This document shows positions 46,806-55,966 of a stretch of DNA of 64,000 bases, piece after piece. This DNA is from a virus. Its lineage: Duplodnaviria > Heunggongvirae > Uroviricota > Caudoviricetes. The notes under the pieces are model-generated. The model saw only the letters and a program-made list of their open reading frames with translations. It had not been told where the DNA came from and ran no database searches. A program made the translations under genes and the position numbers. The stretch lies in IMG/VR virus record IMGVR_UViG_3300037484_000445, positions 323,863 to 387,862 of that record. The stretch is one strand, 5' to 3'. How positions within the stretch are numbered: position 1 is the first letter of the stretch; every line of letters starts with the position of its first letter.

Positions 46806-47147
46806 CTAGCTTACCCTATGCCAACGATTTTTGGTCCGGGTAAATCCATTCCCTTTGGAACATGTGATGGACAGGGCGGCACTAACGCTATGTGGGTACT
46901 CGTCGAACCCGAACGTAATCAAACGATCTATGACTCCACGAGTGGTGAGGTATTCGCCTACACGAACGACAGATCGTATCTTAGCTATAATGGTCTTAGG
47001 TTTAGGGGTTTGGTGACGTTTTGGGCGGACCTTGGGTTTACTTTGGGCTTTCAAAAGGTCAAAGGCCTCTTTGAACAGGTCTGCTCCGTATTTGTCTTGG
47101 AGTGAGACTAGTATGTTGGAGAGGGTGGTAGCTTCTAGGTCGGGCAC
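46806..47147 (-). CDS. Basic hypothetical protein, HTH-like
   Basis: 113 aa. Confidence 0.65.
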   Translation of the reverse strand: MPDLEATTLSNILVSLQDKYGADLFKEAFDLLKAQSKPKVRPKRHQTPKPKTIIAKIRSVVRVGEYLTTRGVIDRLITFGFDEYPHSVSAALSITCSKGNGFTRTKNRWHRVS

Positions 47148-47698
47148 TTCTTCTTCCTCCTTAGGACTGGGAAGGTCGGTTTAGGTTTTTCGGGTTCAGG
47201 TAACGCGGGGGCTTTAGGTACCCTACTGACAGGGATCCTACTCTCAGGTAACACCTCAACAGATACTGGGTCTTTCTCAAGTTTTAAGTAGTGGGCCTCC
47301 TTTTCCTTCTCGTAGCTGGCTCTCCGCACTATTCTACCCTCTCTGATCAGGCTTAGAAGACTAGACTTGAGTCTAGTCTTGTTGATTCGGGTACGGCTCA
47401 GGATCCCGCGGAAACCCAAGTACTTGTCCGTAGGTAGGTTGGCTAGAATGATCTCATTCAACACACTTGGGGTCAGGAGGGAATCCCCAACAGGGGTACG
47501 GCAGTAGAGACGGACCCTGCGGGTACCTTGTTTGCTGGTGAAGCACTTCGAGTTACTTGACAGCAAGGTCCCTAAGTAGCCTATTAGGTCCACGGATTTT
47601 ATTGGGTATGGGGAGTCTCGGATCCTGCTGGCGATCACATTTTTCGAGATACATTCTCCGTCTTGGAATATCGAAAGTAGAACTTCTAGTGAATTCAT
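47135..47698 (-). CDS. Tandem winged-helix-like protein
   Basis: 187 aa; two helical HTH-like segments. Confidence 0.6.
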   Translation of the reverse strand: MNSLEVLLSIFQDGECISKNVIASRIRDSPYPIKSVDLIGYLGTLLSSNSKCFTSKQGTRRVRLYCRTPVGDSLLTPSVLNEIILANLPTDKYLGFRGILSRTRINKTRLKSSLLSLIREGRIVRRASYEKEKEAHYLKLEKDPVSVEVLPESRIPVSRVPKAPALPEPEKPKPTFPVLRRKKKCPT

Positions 47699-47713
47699 GC
47701 AAGAAAACCACCC

Positions 47714-48811
47714 TTACTTGTAGTGGACCATAATATCTGGGGAGCACTTGATTTGGTGACTTTGGGCGATGGTCTTACCTTCAAGGTGGAGTCTGAGGGC
47801 TGTCAGGACTCGGAACACGATTCTGTGTTTGGCTGAGGAGGATGGCTCCTCGTTGCGTTCTTTGCGTACCTTGTCTTCTTTGGCCTTACTCTCTAGCTCT
47901 CGCTTGATTACGGCGGATTTACCACCATTTCGATTCAGGTAGTCGAATAGCCGCTTCAGGGGGTCATTCAACTCTTCAGAGACGTTGGGGATAGTAATAC
48001 TGTAGAACGGGTCATACACTCGCTCTGAGTACTTTTTGTACGCGATCAACATGGCTGCCAGGACGCTAGATTCATGAATGATCTGTTTATTTGAGGCTGT
48101 TTTGCTCTTGTACAACCGAGCTAGAAACTCAAGAGCATCCTTGAATTCGTTGAATATGTCTGCGGTGTCTTGATCGGTGTTGGGTTGGTGTTTGTGTTTC
48201 AGCTCAAAGATCAGGCTTAGCGCTGGCCACAAGATACCTCTAGGTGGTAACTTGTCGTAGTCCACATCGATTTTACCGAGCATGCTAGCGTTATCGTACT
48301 TCTTCCTAGGGGTTTGGCCATCTTGACGAGCTATATCCTCTTCGGTCGCGTCAAGCAGTATATCGAAGATGGCATCGGAACCACAAACCAAGCAGGAGAA
48401 GCAGCGGTGCTGGCCGTTAACCAGTTTACCCTCTCGAAAGGTCACTCGGTCACTGGAGTGTCCCCACTGACCTTCTTTGTGAATTTGGACGAACCTCTTT
48501 ACGTTTGAAGCGGTCAGGGGGCGTTGGTTGGTTGCATTTACCTTCAGAGCTCTGAGTATGTTGAGCCTGGAGAAGGAAACTCTGTCCTTAGAGGTTCTTT
48601 TACCCCCGGTAGTGAAGACCAAGGGATCACAGTACTCAAAGGTGGGATTTTCAACCAACCCATCTTTCAAGAGTTTGTAGAGTGTGCCGGTCAGGCCTGG
48701 AAATATGAGATTCCATTCCGAAGCCCCATCGACTTCCCGATCAAACTTTATGGATGCGCCTCCGGTGCATTCGTCAACGGAGATTATCGTGATGGTCGAA
48801 TTCTTGGACAT
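47714..48811 (-). CDS. ParB/Srx-like domain protein
   Basis: NQRPLTASNVKRF...GQW...LVNGQHR. Confidence 0.7.
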   Translation of the reverse strand: MSKNSTITIISVDECTGGASIKFDREVDGASEWNLIFPGLTGTLYKLLKDGLVENPTFEYCDPLVFTTGGKRTSKDRVSFSRLNILRALKVNATNQRPLTASNVKRFVQIHKEGQWGHSSDRVTFREGKLVNGQHRCFSCLVCGSDAIFDILLDATEEDIARQDGQTPRKKYDNASMLGKIDVDYDKLPPRGILWPALSLIFELKHKHQPNTDQDTADIFNEFKDALEFLARLYKSKTASNKQIIHESSVLAAMLIAYKKYSERVYDPFYSITIPNVSEELNDPLKRLFDYLNRNGGKSAVIKRELESKAKEDKVRKERNEEPSSSAKHRIVFRVLTALRLHLEGKTIAQSHQIKCSPDIMVHYK

Positions 48812-48823
48812 AGAGATTCTCCG

Positions 48824-49312
48824 TTACCGGGTCCCGTCGACCATTTTGAGGTAGTTATGGGCGACCGATCGGTCGCTTGATAGTTTGACGTTTTTACCAA
48901 CTCGGACCAAAACCCCGAGTACTACGAGTGGTTTGATCACTCTTCGGATTAGGTCTTTCTTCCCCTCAGCGCGGAGAATAGATTCGATACCGGGCCTGCC
49001 TATTCCAGTTTTGTCATACACTGAGTTGTCGAGTAACCCTCGGATCAATAGACTGGAGTACCTCTTCATCTTTTCTTCAGAAATTCCGTCGTGATGGAAT
49101 GTCAGCCCTTTTGATTGTGACGACAAGTCTTGGTCGGACGGGTCGCAAACCCCTCGTTTGGTGGTAGTAAGGCTTGGGTTTTGACCCCTAGTCGCAGCCA
49201 CCACCTTGGTCAATTCCACCCTAGTTTGACGTAGTTCCTGTACCAGTTCCCCTAGTAAGGGGGGTAGGCTAATCACGGATTTGATAAATTCGAGCAGGTC
49301 TTGATCTCTCAT
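48824..49312 (-). CDS. Hypothetical protein
   Basis: ATG 10 nt after GGTGTA. Confidence 0.65.
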   Translation of the reverse strand: MRDQDLLEFIKSVISLPPLLGELVQELRQTRVELTKVVAATRGQNPSLTTTKRGVCDPSDQDLSSQSKGLTFHHDGISEEKMKRYSSLLIRGLLDNSVYDKTGIGRPGIESILRAEGKKDLIRRVIKPLVVLGVLVRVGKNVKLSSDRSVAHNYLKMVDGTR

Positions 49313-49473
49313 GGAGTTTTTGTACACCAGAGTAGGGCTCGCCAGCCTCGAAAAAATAGACTTAGCGAGGGTAGAATGGCCGCTCGGCCTAACGTGAATG
49401 TGCCAGTTGACACTGGTGAACAGGATGGGCCGTTCAGGCCCCGGGAGGTGATTCCGGTGTACTGTCATCGTAC

Positions 49474-50778
49474 ATGAACGAACTCATCCAACTCTTCGAA
49501 CGCCAGGTCGATTACATTTCACGTCGGGAGGGCCGAGGGCTGCTTCTCGCTGTTCCTCGTCTAATTCAGTTGGTCGCTTCGGAACCTCGCCTTCGTGCAA
49601 TAGCCAAGGATCTGGAGACTGAGTATGAAACTGCCCGCCAAGAGTACCTGACTACTGACACAAGCCTGGCCGAGAGGCTCCTACAACTCTGGCAACAGCA
49701 CGAAGGTTGGTTCACGGCTGCTTGGGATGCAGCCTTGGACGCCAGTGAACATGACGAATCCATGCGGTCACTCGGGCACCCAAGCAGCATCCAGCAACTT
49801 TTGACGAGCGAACGTAACCCGACACTTTCATCCGATGGATACAAGCACGAGCAATCCCTAGTCGAAATGGTCTTGAGCCCAATGGGAATGTGGCTTGCCA
49901 ACGTCAAGAGGCAATGCCAGTCGGACACTGACAAGCAGGAGTTCGACAAGTTTCAGAGCGCATACGACCAGATCAAATTTGACCACGACGTCGCCCAGCG
50001 AATAAGATGTGCGGTTGAGCAAGTCCATGCTGGAGCCGCCTGGAGCCGCCTCGTCCGTTTTGCCCAGTCTTTGATTCCACCGAAGACCGACGATCTTGAG
50101 TCGTACATCGCAACGATCTACGAGCTTAAGGTGGCAAATACTGCGTTGGACATAGACGTAAGATATGAGCACGAGAAGGGTGACTTGGCTTCCTACCGCG
50201 CAACCATTTTCGAAGCCCTCGGCACCTTTCGTGAGGAAATGGTGCTCAGGTTCGGGTTGCACCTTTCCCACCGAGCCCTCGTAATGCGGTTCAAGACGAA
50301 ATGTGAGCGGTTCATGGCTCAGACCCTCTTGGAGCGATGCAAGGACGCGAGTCGGCCCGAAGACATCCTTACTTCCGCGGCCGCCGAGTACCTCTTTGAC
50401 CAAGGGTTGAACCCGCTTTTCAATGCTCCAATCGTGACACTTCGACCCGACTTGTTCGATCCGTCCTTGCCCCATGCCCTCTACATCGAAGCCAAGCAGT
50501 ACAACGATGGCTCCCCCAAGACTAAGGTAGTGAGGGCAACGTGGCAGGTTTGGGACACTTGGAATCAGCTAGATGGTCAGCACAAGGTTCTGGAGGCCTT
50601 CTTGCTTGTCTTTCGTCGCGGAGGTTCACTCTTAACTTTTGACGAGTGCGTCCGGTTGAATGGACGAACCCTCTACCCGATAGTCGTGGACATCGCTCCT
50701 TCCAATGCAAAGGGATCATGTGCCAAGAGCAAGTCCATTCATATCAGTGGCGAAGAGCTGCTTCCTCAGCATGCGTGA
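49474..50778 (+). CDS. Helical protein with C-terminal PD-(D/E)xK-like nuclease domain
   Basis: 434 aa; RPDLF...LYIEAKQY; GGTGTA 12 nt upstream. Confidence 0.7.
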   Translation: MNELIQLFERQVDYISRREGRGLLLAVPRLIQLVASEPRLRAIAKDLETEYETARQEYLTTDTSLAERLLQLWQQHEGWFTAAWDAALDASEHDESMRSLGHPSSIQQLLTSERNPTLSSDGYKHEQSLVEMVLSPMGMWLANVKRQCQSDTDKQEFDKFQSAYDQIKFDHDVAQRIRCAVEQVHAGAAWSRLVRFAQSLIPPKTDDLESYIATIYELKVANTALDIDVRYEHEKGDLASYRATIFEALGTFREEMVLRFGLHLSHRALVMRFKTKCERFMAQTLLERCKDASRPEDILTSAAAEYLFDQGLNPLFNAPIVTLRPDLFDPSLPHALYIEAKQYNDGSPKTKVVRATWQVWDTWNQLDGQHKVLEAFLLVFRRGGSLLTFDECVRLNGRTLYPIVVDIAPSNAKGSCAKSKSIHISGEELLPQHA

Positions 50779-50904
50779 AGAACGCGGTCACAAGCATTCA
50801 GAGCTTGCATTCGACGGGTAGTAGTCTTCGGGGGACATGAGGTCAAAGAAGTCGTCTAGACGTTCGTGAGGAATCTCGACGCGGACTGTAGTCTTCTTAT
50901 CCGG

Positions 50905-51261
50905 TCAATCGTCAGAACTCATCGCTGGCGGCCGCCACTTGAGCTTGAGGGCCTTCTTCATCCACGGTTGAGTGTCAGCCTTGAGTAGCCCATCACCCAC
51001 TCGCTCAATGGCCTTGCATGCGGATAGAGCCGTCTTGTAGTAGCGGGTGTGTTTCCTTACGAGCGACCCGCCGTTGATTGAGTAGAAGTTCAAGAACCCT
51101 CGGTAGCCACGCCTAACCTTGTCAACGTACAGAGTGAGGCTTTGGGGCCAGGTGAGGATGGGGACGCTGCACCCAATAGGTCGGTGGGTCAATGAGGGCG
51201 ACTCCCACTTGTACTTGGTGCCCTTCGGTGGCAGGTACTCAATGCGGTATTCGCGGCTCAT
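50905..51261 (-). CDS. Hypothetical protein
   Basis: Probable start MSREY. Confidence 0.6.
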   Translation of the reverse strand: MSREYRIEYLPPKGTKYKWESPSLTHRPIGCSVPILTWPQSLTLYVDKVRRGYRGFLNFYSINGGSLVRKHTRYYKTALSACKAIERVGDGLLKADTQPWMKKALKLKWRPPAMSSDD

Positions 51262-51271
51262 TGGTAGGTTC

Positions 51272-51478
51272 CTACTCGTCGATCTCGGAGCAAAGCTTCT
51301 TGGACTGGGCACGGGCACGACGCTTATGAATACGGCGAATGGTGTCCTTGGCCCCATTGCGAAGAGCCTTGAAGGCACGTGCGGTGATGCTGTAGAAGTG
51401 GGTAGCTCGGCCGCCGTTGATACAGCCGACTACGTCGAGGTCGCCGGCTTCAATTCGGTTTAGTCCGTAGGGTTTCAT
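51272..51478 (-). CDS. Small basic protein
   Basis: 68 aa. Confidence 0.6.
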   Translation of the reverse strand: MKPYGLNRIEAGDLDVVGCINGGRATHFYSITARAFKALRNGAKDTIRRIHKRRARAQSKKLCSEIDE

Positions 51479-51696
51479 GGCTTTGGGTCCTTCATTCGAT
51501 GAGGTTCTGAGTCATGATAACCATTACGTACCTTCTTCCGCTTTTCTTAAGCCCTTGTGTCAGTGACACCCAGAAGGCCCTCAGACGCTCGGGGTGTCCC
51601 AAGGCTAGAGAGACCCACCCCCTGTGGCCAAAACGTCGTCAGAGACCATCCTCGCTCATCCGAGGGACTATCCCAGGGTTCTCTGAACCCAACCTG

Positions 51697-52257
51697 TCAC
51701 CGCGTAGGGTTGGATTGGTTCTTGCGAACCCACTCCCACACGTCGGGTCCAAAGACAGTGGCCATCGCCGCTTCGTAGACGTAGTGCGGTAGGTCTGAAT
51801 CCTCATTGGTACCCTCGACGTACTCCTTGAGACGATCTTGACAGCTTCGGACAACCCCGGACCAGTCTGGGTTCTCAAGGGGTTTGGGCACATCTCGTAG
51901 TCGGCAAGCATCCACGACTTTCTGGCACCCAGCCAAGTCGAACATACCCATATGGCAATCGTCAGGGGACAGGTTGAGGGCCGTGGCAAGCCAGGCGTAG
52001 GCGGCACCCCGGGACATGGACCCTTCTCTCCAGAGAGGGTCGAAGGCTGCATGGGCAGCCATCTTGGCCTTACGTAGGTCAGCATCGGCAAGACGCCCAA
52101 GAGGCGTCTCAGTGCCAGGATGACACCCTACGTAGGCCTTGCAGGGTGAACAGTGCCAGAACTTCTTGTCGTAGAGATCTCCCCGGTGAGGGTAGATGAC
52201 ATCTCCACCAACAAGTTTCGCAGGGGCTCCGCAGTAGGGGCAAAATAAGTCAGGCAT
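51697..52257 (-). CDS. DUF3268-family zinc-finger protein
   Basis: CPYCG...IYPHR...C..C.AYVGCH...PLGRLAD...AHAAFDPLW...CHMGMFD. Confidence 0.85.
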   Translation of the reverse strand: MPDLFCPYCGAPAKLVGGDVIYPHRGDLYDKKFWHCSPCKAYVGCHPGTETPLGRLADADLRKAKMAAHAAFDPLWREGSMSRGAAYAWLATALNLSPDDCHMGMFDLAGCQKVVDACRLRDVPKPLENPDWSGVVRSCQDRLKEYVEGTNEDSDLPHYVYEAAMATVFGPDVWEWVRKNQSNPTR

Positions 52258-52263
52258 GGTTTT

Positions 52264-52551
52264 CTATCGAATCAAAAAGTAGGTGGTGCCGGCGGGAACA
52301 AGGGTTTGGAATGCGGGGTGGCTCCCAGGTGGGAGTGGTTTTTGGGTGATGGCCTCGACGGACTGGACGGACTGGACCGGCGAAGTATCATAGGATCCCC
52401 TGTTCCTCGTAGAAGACAGGGCAATCCCCATGAGGCCTAAGGCGCGTGTACAGCGCCGTCCTGTCCGTCCCCGTTCCTCGTGGAAGACAGGGCAATCCCC
52501 GTGGGTAGCGGTTAGGGTAGCAATGGCACGGGAGAGTTCGCTGGCTAGCAT
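52264..52551 (-). CDS. Hypothetical protein
   Basis: GGTGTA 12 nt upstream; contains an out-of-frame 28-nt repeat. Confidence 0.55.
   Translation of the reverse strand: MLASELSRAIATLTATHGDCPVFHEERGRTGRRCTRALGLMGIALSSTRNRGSYDTSPVQSVQSVEAITQKPLPPGSHPAFQTLVPAGTTYFLIR
52402..52500. repeat. 28-nt direct repeat pair, period 71
   Basis: GTTCCTCGT(A/G)GAAGACAGGGCAATCCCC at 52402 and 52473. Confidence 0.9.
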
Positions 52552-53312
52552 TGATCTGGGACATACACCAAGAACCCCCTTGAAGCTCTTTGCTCCCTCA
52601 AGGCTATAGACCCTCTTCTAGAACACCCTCTTCGGTACGTAACCAAGGGGAGTAAGAAGTGATTGGGGCTTTTCTGGGAATTGAACAAAAATCTGTTCAA
52701 AAATCAGCGCTCTCAAAAGCTCCGTTTGCCCTCAAAACTTGCGAAGCCTACCCCAGGCCCACGGTTCGTCCTCTCCCTGGAATCAATGGGATGGGGCCGG
52801 CGGGGCGAATTCCAGCGTAGTTGGCAATACTCTGGAGAATTGGGCCAAGGGTCCTAATTTATCCCGGCCGACCGCCTTGTAGTTCTAACACCGCAAGCCG
52901 ACCGCTAATTATGGGAGAGTGTGGGATGAGGCTGTGGGTGTTACACTCCTAGTGTGAAGGTACACGGTTCACACTTTTTGAAAAATACACTGTGTGATTT
53001 TCTGAAAAATGGAGTGTGTGATCCGGAGAGGGCGAGGGCTTCGCCGAAGCCAGCTCGAAGGGGGAGCACACGGCATGCGAAGCCTGCCTGGCTTTATTGA
53101 AAGTGAGGGCCCCCGCTTGGCTACTCGATGGTTCCGAGGGAGAGGCTGAGGGGGGTCAGGACGATCCCCCTCGGGTGTGAGTAGACGGGAGCCCTCGAGA
53201 GCTACTCTACACCGGGGGGCGGTGGACGTAGATCTTTTTCTCGAGGGCCTCCACAAAATAGGGAGACCGCCCAGGTGAGGGGGATACCCGGACGGCCTCG
53301 AATCTGTCAGGG

Positions 53313-53348
53313 GTGAGGAGAGCTAAAGGATTCGATTCATAAAGTGAC
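53313..53348 (-). CRISPR. Solo copy of the IscB array repeat
   Basis: Plus strand GTGAGGAGAGCTAAAGGATTCGATTCATAAAGTGAC, 32/36 identical to consensus, in an intergenic region. Confidence 0.88.
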
Positions 53349-53435
53349 CCTCGAGTCTGACATTGGGGGGATGTTTGCCTGACACTAGCCATTACGGCTG
53401 GGCAAGGCGGGGGATAAGGGCTTCTTCAAAAAGAG

Positions 53436-53729
53436 TCAGCCTGAGATCCTTTTGGCGGCACGCCCCGACCAAGAATCGGCAATGCTGTGGACGCGGACGG
53501 TCACGGCAATCATCTCAGCGAGGGGCTTGCTCAGTAGGGTGTCCCGCAGAGTGGCATCCAAGAGAGTGTCGTGAAGGGCGAGGACGGCCTTGGCTTGGTA
53601 GGGGTAGACCACACGGCCCCGGATGAGTCTGGCACGCTTGGTGGCGGCTTCTAGCTCGGCGAGGAGGGCCTCGTGCTCGGGCTTGGGCGGCAGCATGAAC
53701 GTTCCACTGGCTCTTGGTTCCCCTGTCAT
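53436..53729 (-). CDS. Hypothetical protein
   Basis: Class I promoter at 53785-53756. Confidence 0.6.
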   Translation of the reverse strand: MTGEPRASGTFMLPPKPEHEALLAELEAATKRARLIRGRVVYPYQAKAVLALHDTLLDATLRDTLLSKPLAEMIAVTVRVHSIADSWSGRAAKRISG

Positions 53730-53866
53730 GGTCGTACCCCTTTGGTTGGCCCGGATAGATACGTGGGGAACGAGTGGTCCCTTAATGGGATTATATGAGG
53801 GGTCGGACGGTGGTCCTAATAGCAGGCAAGGCTTAAGGTTCGAGGCACTTTGGCCGTACTATATGC

Positions 53867-53971
53867 ATGGACGAAGCAGATCTTACACCGGAAGAAGAGA
53901 GTCTCCTAGCCGAGCTCGAAGATCAGGACGATTCTGAGGTCGTTGACAAGCGGACCTCAGAAAGGGCTTAA
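53867..53971 (+). CDS. Tiny acidic peptide (34 aa, not in ORF track)
   Basis: Class I promoter then MDEADLTPEEESLLAELEDQDDSEVVDKRTSERA. Confidence 0.5.
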   Translation: MDEADLTPEEESLLAELEDQDDSEVVDKRTSERA

Positions 53972-54004
53972 GCTTTTCGAGGGCCGCCTCGTATCTATTT
54001 ACAG

Positions 54005-54170
54005 AAAGCAGCGGGTCATATGGCCTCACTCGAGAGGACAACCCCGCTGGAATAGGGCCGCTTTGGAGGGGTCTGTCCCGTGATTTTTGGGGGAGTTGAC
54101 AGATCTCCCCGAAGCCGGGCCTACTCCGCCGGGGGTCAGCACCTCTGTGGTGCGAGTTCCCGTCGCTTAT
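54005..54170. ncRNA. Rod-like structured element, copy 1
   Basis: Long imperfect inverted repeat between convergent class I promoters; homologous to 59753-59923. Confidence 0.6.
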
Positions 54171-54208
54171 AGGAGTAGATACGAGGGGAAGGGGCGGAAG
54201 ATTAAGGG

Positions 54209-54547
54209 CTATTTCAAGCCAAACTTCAGGTAGATCCTGTTTGCTTCGTCGTAGGCTTGGCTCAACTCTTTGATGGCCTCTTCCACGGCGTCGATGGCTT
54301 TTTCCAGGAACTCCCCTTGCTGTTCGGGGGCGTACTTGCTCATGCCCTCTAGCTGGGCTACGTCAGGGTCCTGAGCGGCCATCTTCTTGATGGCTTCTAT
54401 GGCTACCTTGGCCTGCCGAACCCGCTTCAGGTTGGAGTCTAGGGCATCTACGGCGGCCACAATCTTCATGAAGTGCGGACCATAGCCACCGCCGGCCGTC
54501 CTTGTTTGCTTGACCCTGGAGACCAACTTTTTGGCTGAAGCGCTCAT
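54209..54547 (-). CDS. Helical hypothetical protein
   Basis: 112 aa. Confidence 0.7.
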   Translation of the reverse strand: MSASAKKLVSRVKQTRTAGGGYGPHFMKIVAAVDALDSNLKRVRQAKVAIEAIKKMAAQDPDVAQLEGMSKYAPEQQGEFLEKAIDAVEEAIKELSQAYDEANRIYLKFGLK

Positions 54548-54573
54548 ATACCCTAGGGGTGGATATAAGAAGG

Positions 54574-54819
54574 TTACTTCTTAGGTGGTTCGTTGGCGAG
54601 GGTAGTGACACGAGCCCAGCCGGCGGCGGTCAAGATGGCCTCATGGTACGGGCCGAAGAGAGTTTTCGTGCAGTGGAGGGTCAAGAAGGCTTGGCGTTCG
54701 AGTGCTTTGGCCGTGCGGAGCTCGCCCTTACGGATCTCCACACGCCTGTTGCCGGTGCCGGCAACAGTACCCGCGAGGGCTTTCAAGAGGGTTTCTTGGG
54801 GGTTGGTCAGCTTGGCCAT
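54574..54819 (-). CDS. Small HTH-like early protein
   Basis: MAKLTNPQ...; class I promoter; similar to 55967-56188. Confidence 0.75.
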   Translation of the reverse strand: MAKLTNPQETLLKALAGTVAGTGNRRVEIRKGELRTAKALERQAFLTLHCTKTLFGPYHEAILTAAGWARVTTLANEPPKK

Positions 54820-55077
54820 GGGATTAGTACGAAGGGGAGGATCAGAAGATTAAGGTCCTTTTGGCTCTATTTTTGAGCGTTCTGCCTTACGACACCGACG
54901 TCCATCGCTACGATCATGATCGAATAGGGGGTGGGGACCTTTCGAACCTGGGGTATACCAGCCTTCGGTGCCACAATGGGGGCATTTCCAGCGTGTTTGA
55001 TGGACCTTGCGGGTCATTTGAAGGCACTTCCGATGAGGAAACCGAGGACTCCGAACGCTATTCCGAGCCAGAAGGGC

Positions 55078-55284
55078 TTAGATCCGATCGTATTCGTAGC
55101 CTTTTTCGTCACTTGTGACCGTGGCATAAGGTAGGTCCTTGACTGTGAGGGTGATGCTCCGGCCGGGCTTGGCATCGAGGAAGGCTACGGCGCTTGCTAC
55201 AGCGGCTTCTCGTGCCTTTGGGAGGTGTTTTTCGGCTCGCCACCGGTTCCAGTCGGCCTTGGGGATCTTTCGTCTCGCTGGCAT
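55078..55284 (-). CDS. Small hypothetical protein
   Basis: 68 aa. Confidence 0.55.
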   Translation of the reverse strand: MPARRKIPKADWNRWRAEKHLPKAREAAVASAVAFLDAKPGRSITLTVKDLPYATVTSDEKGYEYDRI

Positions 55285-55394
55285 GGTCGTCTTTCAGTGA
55301 TGGGTTTGTGGGTCAGCCGTTGTCGGAAGCACTCCCTTCCGGCTTCAAGATCGCTCTCGAGTGCTCCACAGTGAGGGCAGATAGCACTGGTCAT
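55197..55394 (-). CDS. Small CxxC protein
   Basis: CPHC; overlaps the downstream ORF. Confidence 0.45.
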   Translation of the reverse strand: MTSAICPHCGALESDLEAGRECFRQRLTHKPITERRPCQRDERSPRPTGTGGEPKNTSQRHEKPL

Positions 55395-55397
55395 CTT

Positions 55398-55718
55398 TCA
55401 GAAGCTATAGTCGTGATACTTGCGGCGAACGCCTACTTGGAAGCGGGAAGCTTCGGGGACGATCTTGGGGGCCTTTACGCGCCACTCGCCGTTCTTCCGA
55501 AGGGTGATGGTCAAGATCTTGCCGTTTGGGTCGGCTTCGTAGTCGTACGACTGGGTTTCGCTCATGCCGTTAGTATCGGTGCGGGTGGCCTTATCCTCTT
55601 GGATGCGGAGGGTTTTGGGGTTGATGACCTCAATCACCGTGTAGGGGTGGCGATCGGTATAACCGAGACCGGTGACGCCCATACCAACAACCGGGACGAC
55701 AGTTTCTTCGTTTGGCAT
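55398..55718 (-). CDS. Phage hypothetical protein (paralog of 31142-31486)
   Basis: Shared motifs; class I promoter. Confidence 0.8.
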   Translation of the reverse strand: MPNEETVVPVVGMGVTGLGYTDRHPYTVIEVINPKTLRIQEDKATRTDTNGMSETQSYDYEADPNGKILTITLRKNGEWRVKAPKIVPEASRFQVGVRRKYHDYSF

Positions 55719-55749
55719 GAGGATAGATACGGGGTGAAGGCGTGAGAAG

Positions 55750-55959
55750 TTAAGACCTTGGTTCGGGGAGGAAGTCCACTCGAAGGGTGAGGGAGCAATC
55801 GGTGCAAAGGGACGCCCATCTGGCGTTGTAGGAGCCTGGGAGGGCGGTTCGGTACCACTTGACGTAGTGAACGGCCTTTGCCGGTTCTTTACGGCAGCTC
55901 TGGCACGTCTTGGCGAGGGGTGGCTTACGCTTCTGAGGGGGAATGAAACGCCACTTCAT
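55750..55959 (-). CDS. Small Zn-finger-like protein
   Basis: CQSC...CTDC. Confidence 0.6.
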   Translation of the reverse strand: MKWRFIPPQKRKPPLAKTCQSCRKEPAKAVHYVKWYRTALPGSYNARWASLCTDCSLTLRVDFLPEPRS

Positions 55960-55966
55960 GGGGTAG

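Noticed and set aside
43000-51000. cas1, cas2, cas4, csn2 or cas9 near the array
   Set aside because: No neighbouring ORF shows their motifs or size. The 434-aa ORF lacks the Cas4 Fe-S cysteine pattern.
53392-53420. Definite class I promoter for the second solo repeat
   Set aside because: The spacer is 16 nt rather than the otherwise invariant 18, so it is mentioned only as tentative.
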